From Octopus sinensis (Eukaryota): a DNA stretch of 64,000 nt. Both the position numbers and the translations under genes were made by a program. Shown one piece after another: positions 51,952 through 64,000 of the stretch. How positions within the stretch are numbered: position 1 is the stretch's first letter; each line of letters starts with the position of its first letter. The stretch spans positions 1 through 64,000 of the forward strand of contig NW_021833655.1 in the NCBI RefSeq assembly GCF_006345805.1, written 5' to 3'. The notes beneath the pieces are model-generated. The model saw only the letters and a list, made by a program, of their open reading frames with translations, did not search any database and was not told the DNA's origin.

Positions 51952-52376
51952 TAACACACACATATATGTACATATGAATACACACATGCACACATTTATA
52001 TGTGTGGCAGTGTGTATATGATATGTATGTATAGAACATGTATGTATATATTAAAGGAACCTGCTGTAGGGGGATGTAAATATAGCACACATGCTATTAA
52101 TATATCTGCTATTTATAATTGTGGTGTATTTAGGGGGTGGGGGAGTCACGAATGTGTTTTGTGTGAGTGTGTGTGTGTGTGTGTATGTGCATATGTGTCA
52201 ATGTGTGAGTCCGTGTACGTTTGTATGTGTGTATGTGTAGTGATGTATGATAGTGTGCATGTGTGTGATTTTTTTGAATTGTGATGTGTGATAATCAATG
52301 CGTATGCCTATGTGTGTGTATGGTAGTGAGTGTATGTATGTATGTATGAATGACAATGTATTGCAGTGTATGTAAG

Positions 52377-52408
<32 letters not shown>

Positions 52409-52724
52409 ACAATGTGGTATGGTCTGCGCGTATGTGTGCATGTGTTAATGCATGTGTGTGAGTGTGAATGGTGATATGATATAGTGTGTATGTGTGTGTG
52501 TGTGTAAATGTCTATGTGTGAACGGTGATGTATAAGGTGTGTGTATGTAGTATGTCTGCATACGTCTGTATGCGGGCATGAATGATGATGTCATAATGAG
52601 TGTGTGCGTATGCACTTCCGCATGTGGGGTGTGACTGTGTTGTGTGTATATGAGTAACAACGTGATACATCGTGTGTGTATGTAAGGATGTGTGTACATA
52701 TTACTCTGTATGGGTGTATGTATG

Positions 52725-52758
<34 letters not shown>

Positions 52759-52822
52759 GAATATCAAATATATAGATATATATGATGTATATATGTATGC
52801 ATATACATATATGGTGTGGGTG

Positions 52823-52855
<33 letters not shown>

Positions 52856-53106
52856 ATATGTATATGTATATATATGCATATATATATGTATATATACACA
52901 TAGTACATCTGTGTGTGTGAACTATGATGTATGGCACGATGATATATTTAAATTTGTGTATGTGTGTACAGTTATATGATGTAAGAGAGTGTGTATATGT
53001 ATGTGTGCATGTTTGTGTATGTGCATGTATCTCCATATTCATTTATATTGTGTGTGTGTATATATACATATGTATATATGCATATATATATATATATATA
53101 TATACA

Positions 53107-53139
<33 letters not shown>

Positions 53140-53348
53140 TATACATATGTATATAAGCATATATGTATATATGTATTTATATATATATGTATATGCATAT
53201 ATATATGTATACATATGTATATATGCATATATGTATATATACATATTTATATATATGCTATATATATATACATATATGCATATATATATATATATATGCA
53301 TATATGTATATATATGTATATATATACATACATATATATATATATACA

Positions 53349-53379
<31 letters not shown>

Positions 53380-53386
53380 TATATGC

Positions 53387-53432
<46 letters not shown>

Positions 53433-53779
53433 CATAGTGGCTGGCAGGTTGGCAGGTGAAGGAGAGGAGAGAGGGAGAGCAGAGAGAGAAAGAGTGAGAG
53501 TGCGGTGGTGGGGTTATATTTACAATCAGTCAAGCTGCTGCTTATGTATTCTTCAAGGAGTGCCTCCTATTGTACTGCATCTTCCACTCACTTCACTCCC
53601 TCTCCTCCCACCCCTTCACTTCTCCTTAAATCTCATCCCCCCCCCACCACCACCACTAGCTGCTCTGTCTCCCACTCACCTCTCTCCTTCTTGCTCTCCA
53701 CTCACCCCACTCCCCACAGCTTCTGCCACCAACTCTCACCCTTCTTTCCCTACCTCCTTGTATCTCCCTCTGCTCTCTC

Positions 53780-54380
53780 TGTGTGTGTGAGTGTATGTAT
53801 GTGTGTGTGAAAGCCCATGAGTGTGTGTGTGTGTGAGTGTATGTATGTGTGTGTGAAAGCCCATGTGTGTGTGTGTGAGTGTATGTATGTGTGTGTGAAA
53901 GCCCATGAGTGTGTGTGTGTGTGAGTGTATGTATGTGTGTGTGAAAGCCCATGTGTGTGTGTGTGAGTGTATGTATGTGTGTGTGAAAGCCCATGAGTGT
54001 GTGTGTGTGTGAGTGTATGTATGTGTGTGTGAAAGCCCATGAGTGTGTGTGTGTGTGAGTGTATGTATGTGTGTGTGAAAGCCCATGAGTGTGTGTGTGT
54101 GAGTGTATGTATGTGTGTGTGAAAGCCCATGAGTGTGTGTGTGTGTGAGTGTATGTATGTGTGTGTGAAAGCCCATGAGTGTGTGTGTGTGTGAGTGTAT
54201 GTATGTGTGTGTGAAAGCCCATGAGTGTGTGTGTGTGTGAGTGTATGTATGTGTTTGTGAAAGCCCATGAGTGTGTGTGTGTGTGAGTGTATGTATGTAT
54301 GTGTGTGTGAAAGCCCATGAGTGTGTGTGTGTAAATGTATGTATGTGTGTGTGAAAGCCCATGTGCGTGTGTGTGTGTGT
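53780..54380 (+). repeat. Minisatellite, 13 units of ~42-46 bp
   Basis: Unit (gt)n-gagtgtatgtat-(gt)n-gaaagcccatga; 13 aaagcccatg anchors counted. Confidence 0.95.
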
Positions 54381-54817
54381 GTCTCCCACCATATACTACA
54401 CTTGATATATTGATGTGTGTCAGGGTGGTGGAGAGAGGAGGTGTTCCCTTTTCTTACAGCTGACACTCTGTACTCTATTGTTCTTCCCTCTCTCTCTGCC
54501 TTCCTTCCTTTCTCTCTTTCTTTCTCCCCCTCTCCTTCTATCTCTCTTTCTCTTCTGCTAAAAAATCTTAGTGGCGATGGTGGTTGTGGTGGTGTGTGCA
54601 GACATACATACTTATGTGTGTATGACTGTGTATTATATAAATACATATTGCATATGTGTATATATATATATATATATATAAAAATTTTCTTACTCACGTA
54701 TGTGTGTGTGAGTGTGTGGTATATATATATATATATATATATGATAGATAGATAGATAGATATGTATGCACACACACTCATATTTGGTGCCGCAAATTGG
54801 GAAATAGAATTGAAAAC

Positions 54818-54908
<91 letters not shown>

Positions 54909-54984
54909 TATACATAGATAGATATACATACATACGTATATGTGGCTACACATATTCACATGTACGTACACACACAAGCACACG

Positions 54985-55029
<45 letters not shown>

Positions 55030-56003
55030 CCATTAATACCATAGTTATGGAGTTATGGGGTCACTACGTGCCTCTGTCAACAATAAACCAAACTCTATTT
55101 TCTTTCTTTCTTCCCTGATATTTTTCTCTAAAATATGTTTAATATGTAACTAACAGGGAAAAAAAACGCACACACAAAAAAAACAAAACAAAACAAACCA
55201 AAAATAAAATAAAATAAAATAAAATTCTAGCTATGACATACCATAAAAACATAAGTGTCAGATAAACAAAATATCCGTTGTTTTCTTGTCTTTTCTGTTG
55301 GCCATGTGATATGTTGTCTGGTCTCTTTGCATTTGGACATTGGCCTGACTACTCATTGTATCTCTACCATTGGATAGTCTGAGCTATCTTTAACATCCAC
55401 TCTTTCCCTCTTTTTTCTCTGTCTCTCCTGCTAACACTCTCTTCTTCTGCTAACACACTCTCTCTCTCCCTCTCTTTTTCTTGTTTCTCTCTCTCTCTCT
55501 CCCTCTCTCTCTCTATGTCTTTCTCTTTCTCTGTCTGTCTCTCTCTCTCTCTCTCCACCTCCACATATTTTCAACTGTCTTTTTCCCTCCCATCAATTGG
55601 CTCTGGAACTTACCCCCACTTTAACTCTTCCTTCATCTATCTTTTTGCTTTCTATAATGCACACACACACATACACACACACACGTGTTCACACATGCAC
55701 ACACTGACATTTATACACACAGCCATATACATATCACCATTACATATGCATGCCTCTCTATATACATATTCACATATACAAGAATACATTTAAATATACG
55801 TAGACATTTATATATGCATATATACATATACTTATAAGTATGCAAGTGTATGTATGCATATATGCATATATAGTTGCACCCATGCATACACACATGCATA
55901 TATACATATATGTATGCATGATTCTATGTACATATGTATGAATATGCATGTATACATACATGTATGCATATATTGTCGCATACATGCATATAGACACACA
56001 TGT

Positions 56004-56090
<87 letters not shown>

Positions 56091-56384
56091 TTTTACTGGC
56101 TTCATACCAGATATATATTTGTACTTGTGTGTCCGCATGCATATGTGTGTGTGTGTATACATCTGTATGTAGTTAACAGCATGTTTCTAAGAGTTATCAC
56201 AAACATGGTAATACTGTGAAGAATCTGAAAGAACTGGATGCCTTTGTTAGAGTAAACATGTTCAGGATTAAAGCTCTGGCCTAGAGCATTCCAATATTTA
56301 GATTTTTCAAGCTCCTATTTTGGACATTCCTCAGATTGTGTTGGTTTGTACAGCAGGGACCTTCTCTAGGTTAGAGTTTATAGG

Positions 56385-57090
56385 TATGGTTTCAACACAT
56401 TGCTGACTTCCTGTTTGCATAAAGGTTAAGGTCTATGGTCTATGAACTTCTGGCTTTGTAGATGTTTACATTTAGTCAAGTACGATATTTCTTCGCAGTC
56501 AGAAATAATGATCTTGTTTTGATGATGACACTTAGAAAAGAACTCTGATCATTTAATTAATGCATCTGTTGTTTTGGTGAGGATAATGTTTTTTTATCCA
56601 TTGCAGAAGCTACAGAATTTATAGCAGTGGTTCTACATGTTGCAGAAGAACAATATAGACCAACTGGTATTAAAGATAGTAATCAACAAGGAGTGTAGAG
56701 TCAATAATTATAGTTTAACATATTGTTGGCTTCCAGTTTTGTCTTGCTTAATGGATAAAGTTCTATGAGATTCCAGCTTTTCAAATGCTTACATTTAGTT
56801 TGGCTTGATATTTCTATTGTGGACAGAAATAATGATTTTGTTTTTGTGATGACACTTAAAAATTAGCTCTGATCTTTTGTTTAAAGCACCTGTTGTTTTG
56901 GTGAGGATAAAGTATTTTTATATCTTTCAGAAGCCACAGAAATTGTAGCATAGATTGTACTTGTTGAAATACAGAATAAAATTGGTGGTATTAAAGTTGT
57001 AAATGTTATAATCTTTTAGAATATTAGGTAACTTGATAATGTTGTGCAGTTACTTTTGTCTCTTTGTCTAAAGGCTTAAGTTCTGACTCT
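56385..57090 (+). repeat. Diverged tandem duplication, ~323-bp period, with exon-like blocks
   Basis: ttacatttagt at 56466 and 56789; shared cagaaataatgat, tgatgacactta, gttttggtgaggataa and cagaagc.acagaa blocks. Confidence 0.8.
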
Positions 57091-57283
57091 TAAAACTGCC
57101 CTCAAACATTCCAATATACAACGTAGGGGTTTGTATGTCACATGGAACTGACACTATAGCTTGGTAGATAAGTGATTCAGCTTTGCATAAATTGTCCAAA
57201 GGGAATAACCCTTTAATAAGTTACATAATAATGTATGGAATTTGTTTACAGGTCCTTGAGCCTATTAAGTGGATTGTAATGCC

Positions 57284-57289
<6 letters not shown>

Positions 57290-57320
<31 letters not shown>

Positions 57321-58110
57321 TGTCATTGTCATCAACTTTTAACATCTGTTTTCCATGCTGGCATAGGCTGGATGGTTTGACAGAGTCTGACAAGGTACAG
57401 AGTTGCAGCAGACACCAATGTCAGTTTTGACATAGTTTCTATGACTGGATGCCCTTCCTAACATCAACAACTTGTTTATTGGGTGTTCTGGGTACGTTTT
57501 TCATGGCACCAGCACTAGTGAGGTCACCAAGTAACTTGCAGGACAAAATAAAGAAGGGAAAGAGGGTAAAAAATCTGAAACCTCCTCAACTGAGTGAGAT
57601 CGTATTTGAAAAAGTGGGCGGTGACTTCATGCTATGGTTGATGGCTAAAATATGATAGAAGGAAGAGACAAGCACAGATGTCTTGCTATGAAGGAGATGT
57701 ATGGCTACTCTACATTATGCAAGGGATGATGTGAGTAAAGTGAAGGGAGTTAAAGATGGTGGATCAAACGTTTTGACAGGATCCAGTAATCCACAAAGTT
57801 ATGTCAGGTTCTAATGCCAGGTTTTGGCATGGTTTCTACACCTGGATCCTCTTCCTGATCCCAACCACTTTTCAGTGTGTACTGGGTGCATTTTATGTGG
57901 CACCAGCACAAGTGAGATTGCCAAGGAATTTTGCAAGAGAAAGTGAAGAAAGGAAAAGGAAATGGGAAACAGTGCCCTTGACTAAATGGAAGTGTATCCG
58001 AGTGATGGGGGGGGGACGTGTCTTTATGCCAAGCGTTGAAGGCTAAAGTATGATGAAAGGGCAGGCATAGAGGTCTTGTCATAGAGGAGATACACGACTA
58101 TCCCACAGTA
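57290..58110 (-). mobile_element. Two tandem, old family-C-related elements
   Basis: Units ~57340-57720 and ~57770-58110 share tggatgcccttcct, tggcaccagcac and gtcttg..aggagat blocks in the same order. Confidence 0.5.
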
Positions 58111-58606
58111 TCCAAGGGTGGCTAAGAGTAGCTGGAAGGGCGATGGTGGTGCCAGGGTACCTGCAATAATGTTCCCCATATTAGTCATGCAGCTATCGAT
58201 ATATATTTTGGGCTATGTAGCATATTTGGTTATCTTTGATTTTTTTTGTTTTGAAAATTCTATTACATTGATGAATCATTGATTATTTAAAAACAATATT
58301 TTAAACTCTTAAAACTCGATATAGACCATGTAAGAGGGATGCTGTAGTCTTGTAAAACATAAACGAATGCTGTTCACTTTGAATGTTTGCATGAATATTG
58401 AACAGTTTTTTTTTTTGTATAAAACTAATTGATTCTGACATCCAAGGACACACACATGCACACATGCATACACGCACGCGCGTGCACATACATACACATA
58501 CACACATACACACACAAGGAATTTGCTTCCCTATCATCAGGTTTCAGGTTTAAGGCCAACCAAAGCTTTGCAGATGGACTTTGCAGCTGGAAACTGATAG
58601 AAATCC

Positions 58607-58660
<54 letters not shown>

Positions 58661-59375
58661 GGTTTAGGAACTTGATTCCTAACCATGTAATCATATGGTA
58701 TCAGGTTCGGTCCCGAGATTTGGTAGAGTGGACAGTGAAAATTACCCATAATATATATGTGTATGTGTATATGTGTGCATGCGTGTGCGTATGTGTTTGT
58801 GTGGACCCTCTTATCTTGACATCAAGTGATGATTGTAACTGAGTATCACCATCAAACAAGCAATGCTTTTCATTTCAAGTCTTCCACAAAAACAGGTCTG
58901 GTCATGGTCTAAGATACAACACATTAAAAACCAAATGGATGCTAGCCGTCCAACCCATGCTAGCATGGAAAACGGACGCTAAACGATGATGATGATATAT
59001 CTTTTCTCTACCCCACTTCTTCTTCTTCTTCTTCTTCTTTGTTTTAGATGTGTTTGCTCTTCAATTTGTTATTGTCACCTTGACGTCCAAACCTTAACAA
59101 TCTCAACATTTTCGTTTTGACTTTCTTTTTAAATTCTTCAATGCCACCAAACTTGATGCTGTCAACCGATACAAGCACATGGTACTCATTCATAAAAATA
59201 CATGGCACCACATTTGGTATAAAAAAATATCCTATACATATGCTGAATTCATCTTGACATGTTATACCTGCTTGTAGGATGTGGTCAGGGTACCTACATA
59301 CTATGAGCCAGTACAACATGTCAAGAGTGAGTCAGTATATGTAGCAGGATATTTCTTTACACCAAACACCCTTTG

Positions 59376-59695
59376 GTCATGAATGACCATGGGATTGCAC
59401 CTAGAAAGTTACTTCTGAGGCACAAGTCTGGGCAAGGTTGTGGAAAGCCAGCAGTCACCCATGCATACCAGCCTCCTTTCTCCACATCACCAATGTTATC
59501 CAAGGGAAAGGCAAAGGGGCCGATACAGCTTGGCACCAGTGATGTTGCAACTCATTTCTACAGCTGAGTGAACTGGAGCAACATGAAATAAAGTGTCTTG
59601 CTCAAGAATACAACACACAGCCCGGTCTGAGAATCGAACTCACAACCTCATGATTGTAAGATCGACGTGATAACCACTGAGCCATGCGCCTTCAC
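59376..59695 (-). mobile_element. SINE family D
   Basis: Minus-strand A box tggctcagtgg, B box gttcgattc; homologous to 35467-35790. Confidence 0.85.
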
Positions 59696-60074
59696 ATTAT
59701 GTGCATTATGTGTGTGTGTGTGTGTATGTGTGTCTATATATATCTATCTATATATATATATATATATATATATTGTTATTATTATCGTTATTGTAAAGTT
59801 TGAAAATGGAGAGATCTAATGGATACAAATTGATATATTAATTTAATTAACATCTTCACCTACAATTGTTTTATTTCTCAACCCAAATTAAAACTACAAA
59901 ACATATAAATATATAATATTACATTTTAAAATATCTTGGATGGAGAATCTTCAATGTGTACAGAAAGACAATACAAGGATTACATTACGATCTGTTGGAA
60001 TGCTCAGAATATGTATTCATATTTATTATGTGGGTATGTGTATGTATGTGTGTGCACATATACATTAAAATACT

Positions 60075-60113
<39 letters not shown>

Positions 60114-60445
60114 CACAAGTAATCCTTTTCACTATAGGCACAAGGCCTAAAATTTTGAGGAGGGGGTTAATCAATAACATTGACACTCCCCACCCCACCA
60201 CCAGGATGCAACTGTTTCTTATTTCATCGACCTCAAAAGGTTGAACGGCAAAGTTAACCTAGGTGGAATTTGAAGTCAGATCATGAAAGTGGGTGAAAAT
60301 GCTGCTAAGCATTTTGCCTGGCATGTTCAAAATTCTACCAGCTCACCACCTTGTATGTATGTGTGTGTTGTGTGTATATATATATATATATATACATACA
60401 TACATACATACATACATACATACATACATACATCATACATCATAC

Positions 60446-60477
<32 letters not shown>

Positions 60478-60493
60478 ATATATCATACATACA

Positions 60494-60536
<43 letters not shown>

Positions 60537-61446
60537 TATAATACATATATATATAATATATATAATATATATATATATATATAATATAATATATAATATA
60601 TATATATATAATATATATATAAATAGCATTTCTGTACATTCTCATTGGTTACTTAGTATGCTTATCTTCTGAAACTTATGTTTTCTGTTTCCGCTTTTTT
60701 TTTTATACCTAATATTGTATTCGTTTTTTTTTTTTTAAACTACTTTTTCCTTTTGATTGTGGATAAACTCAACTTGACAATACATTCCTGGTCTTCAGCA
60801 CCTGAGGCATAATGTGTAGCTTTAAAAACACGTCTTTATCACTTGTAAATTTTTGGTGTTACATTAACCAATCAGATCTGCTGACAACATATTCACACAG
60901 ACTAACAACCTATGCCTCACTTGTACATTTTAAAAACATTTTATTTATTTATCTATTTTATTTTATTTTTATTATTATTTTCCTCTTTTTTTAAATACTT
61001 CTTTTTATTTTTTTTTATTCAATATATCTAATATTTATATATTTTATTCCATTACTGAAATACAGAAATGATTTTTTGGTAAAAATCAAACACACACACA
61101 CATACACATACATACACGTGCACATGCACAACCCACACACATTTCATGCATGTGTGCATGTGTGGTGTGTCATGTATGTGTATGTGTGTCTTTCTGTATG
61201 TATATATGTGTGTCTATAATATGTGTGTGCATATATATTGATGCACATACGTATATGTATACAAATACATATTTGTATGTATGCATATACATGTGAATAT
61301 ATGTGTATGTGTGTGCAGATATATATGTGTGTGTGTGTGCATGCAGATATATATATGTGTGTGTCTGTGTTTGTATATGGCATATATATATATACACACA
61401 CATACATATATATATATATATACATACATATATATGTGTATGTGTG

Positions 61447-61491
<45 letters not shown>

Positions 61492-61722
61492 GATGCGCAC
61501 ATGCATATGAAAGGTGTGTTTTATGTACAAATATACATAAACAATAAGATTTGAACTGAAGATGAAGTCTGTAGCAAAAGATAAACTATAGATGAGGTTT
61601 ATTTTCGCAAAGAAAAATTATGAGTGACTTTGCAGTTTTGGTAGTTGTCAGCCTTATCAGATTGTCTACATACATATGTGTGTGTATGTGCACATGTGCA
61701 TGTATTCTCTGTGTGTCTACAA

Positions 61723-61769
<47 letters not shown>

Positions 61770-61811
61770 GGCGTGTGTGCGTCTGTATATGTATATATAT
61801 ATATGTATATA

Positions 61812-62000
61812 TATTGTGAGAATTTACATAACAAAACAAAAGATGATGACGGGTGTGTAAACAACAAACAGATGTATTAGTTTAATGCTCAGGAAGTGAG
61901 AAAGTCTTTTATGTTTCGAGCCTACGCTCTTCGACAGAAAGGAACACAGAAATAAACAGAGAGAGAGAAAATAGAAAAAAGTTTAGTGGCTAACGATCTA
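61812..62000 (-). mobile_element. Penelope-like terminal-repeat remnant (copy 2)
   Basis: Homologous to 17400-17585; TA-rich flanks on both sides. Confidence 0.6.
61906..61941 (-). ncRNA. Hammerhead-like motif, A6U/extra-A variant
   Basis: Minus strand cuuu-CUGUCGA-A-gagc-guag-gcuc-GAAA-CAU-A-aaag; perfect 4-bp stems I and II; stem III carries G>A relative to ACGU. Confidence 0.5.
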
Positions 62001-62025
62001 TATAAATAAATATATGTATATATAA

Positions 62026-62238
62026 AATGGTATTTTTATATAAGCTTAAGGCTTATGGTGATCACTGTGCATTGACTAAGGAAAATAGTCTAATTAGGGG
62101 GGATATAAGCTCTTGACAGAATGCGGATAGGAAAGCATCCTTTTCTGTCAAGTGCTTATATGCCCCTTAATTAGACTATTTTCCTTATTCATTGCATGGT
62201 GATCGCCATAAGCCTTAAGCTTATATAAAAATCCCATT
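62026..62238. repeat. ~210-bp foldback palindrome
   Basis: Arms of ~100 bp are reverse complements with scattered mismatches and a loop of about 8-10 nt. Confidence 0.9.
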
Positions 62239-62877
62239 ATTACTATTTACAGGATTGTAAAATATGATGCTGCATAACAAAACTATTCACACCAAAAGCA
62301 TGTATATATATAAATATGAATGAATGAAAGCTTTAGGTTAATTAAAACATATTTCAACTTCTTAAAGCAAATTCACTACAGTTGCCATGGAGGAAAGATG
62401 TTCTCTTATGGTAAAAGGTGTAAAACACTGTATGCATATATTCAATCTGAATGCATCGCTCAAACTACCTAGGATTATACTTAAGAAAGTATACCTTCAC
62501 AAAAATACGGAAAAACCTCCATACCTTCCAGAACAAGATGAATTGTGAACTTTATTCGTCTATCTTTATTCTCCTATCTACTGTGAATTCTCGGTCTGGA
62601 ACTTTCCTGCGTACACACCATATGTCTGATAACGGAATACCCAGCGTCTGAAGCTGTTGACCCACCACCTGGCTTATCCCAGAAACAGCTGTAAAGCATT
62701 ACTTTCTTCTACTTCTCCATTTTTGATTCACCTTTACTTTAATTAAATATTCTAAATTACTTGAGGTGCTCATCCTGCCTTGGTTTTCTTTTCCTTTTCC
62801 TTTAATATATATAAATTATTATTATTAATTCATAACATAGTGTAAGTAAAAATGCACCAGAGTCTTTAATCATCAGT

Positions 62878-63000
62878 CAAGGACCTCAGACAGATAATGC
62901 CCAATAATGCACAACAAGGACCTCAGACAGATAATGCCCAATAAGGTAGCCTTTTGCAAGACATCAATCTTGCATGAGATTTCCAGTTGCCTTATTGCTA
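62878..63000 (-). mobile_element. 3' remnant of R4/Dong-like element
   Basis: Minus frame QLEISCKIDVLQKATLLG resembles the conserved C-terminus of RLE-clade ORFs; abuts (TTA)n/(CAT)n; contains a 30-bp direct duplication. Confidence 0.55.
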
Positions 63001-63119
63001 TCATTATTATTATTATTATTATTATTATTTTCGTCGTCGTCGTCGCCGCCGTTGCCATCATCATCATCATCATCATCATCATCGTTATCATCATCATCAT
63101 CAACATCATCATCATCGTT

Positions 63120-63157
<38 letters not shown>

Positions 63158-63194
63158 TATCATCATCATCATATTATTATTATTATTATTATTA

Positions 63195-63226
<32 letters not shown>

Positions 63227-64000
63227 GTTGTTGTTGTTGTGAGGATATAAATACTTCTTGAAGGGATTTTAAAGGGATGTCGGCATCCAAGTCTACCGAT
63301 GAGGCGTGATTCCTTTTTCTGTTGATTTCTAACCCTGGTGAAATCTTCAATTCACTATATTCAAAATGCATCTTTAATTTAATTTAATTTAATCTAATTA
63401 TTTGTAATTCGAATTAATTGAACATGGAAACAATTGTAGGTTATAAGAAATTGAGGTAATTCGAAATTGGATTTGTGTTAATAAATTGATGTCTATCTGT
63501 TGATTTCTCCATTTTCATTTTTCTTTGTGTGTGTGTGTGTGTGTGTGTTGTAGTCAGTTCAAATAAATGAATGAAAATGGACAACATGAGGATGCGCATA
63601 AGAAATGTATCAGATTGAAAAGAGAGAGTTTGATGTTTTGAGCATAGCTCTTCATGGGAAAGGAATAAGGTAAAAGTCCAAAGAAGGAAAAGAAATCACC
63701 AACAGTATTACAATATATATATATATATAATATATATATATATTATATATAATATATGTTAGTGTGTGTGTGTGTGTGTTCTTTTGTTTACTTGTTTCAG
63801 TCATGCTGGAGCACTGCCTTTAGTCGAGAAATAAACCCCAGGACTCATTCTTTGTGAGCCTCGTACTTATTCTATCAGTTCTTTTGCCAAACCGCTAAGT
63901 TACAGGGATATAACCGCACCAACATTGGTTGTCAAGCAATGGTGGGGGGGACCATCACAAACACAGACACACATAAATATATGCATATACATATATATAT

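Noticed and set aside
53780-54380. CRISPR-like regularly spaced repeat
   Set aside because: The spacers are themselves repeated GT tracts, the context is eukaryotic, and there are no cas genes.
59044-59319. 91-aa minus-strand ORF and possible exon
   Set aside because: No recognisable family, weak splice sites, no support without expression data.
62451-62700. Complex-sequence island with possible minus-strand exon
   Set aside because: All frames close before the candidate donor; no homology recognised.

Overview
AT-rich eukaryotic, non-coding-looking DNA dominated by microsatellites ((TA)n, (CA)n, (TACA)n, (CAT)n, (TTA)n, (GGT)n, (CT)n) and short interspersed repeats. The repeat families look like those I recall from Octopus genomes; this is recognition from memory, not a database match. 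No host protein-coding gene could be identified, and almost every ORF in the supplied track is a microsatellite translation artefact. The only recognisable protein remnants are transposon-derived: an R4/Dong-type RT fragment (18.8-19.6 kb) plus a tiny C-terminal remnant (63.0 kb), a 5'-truncated CR1-type ORF2 end (40.4-41.0 kb) and a mariner transposase C-terminus inside a MITE (50.9 kb). The rest comprises at least five SINE-like families, hAT-, piggyBac- and mariner-type MITEs, a Helentron/DINE-like element, and local tandem or templated duplications. The most notable signal is hidden in short TA-flanked repeats: seven minimal type I hammerhead-ribozyme-like motifs from about five unrelated Penelope-like terminal-repeat families. 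They include a divergently oriented pair inside a long inverted repeat, a U3-A8 covariant core, and an A6U variant seen twice. Other points of interest are a 235-bp templated insertion copied from 4.2 kb away, a duplicated candidate phase-1 micro-exon, and long hairpins that could be dsRNA/ADAR substrates. All structures were read by eye and need computational and biochemical confirmation.
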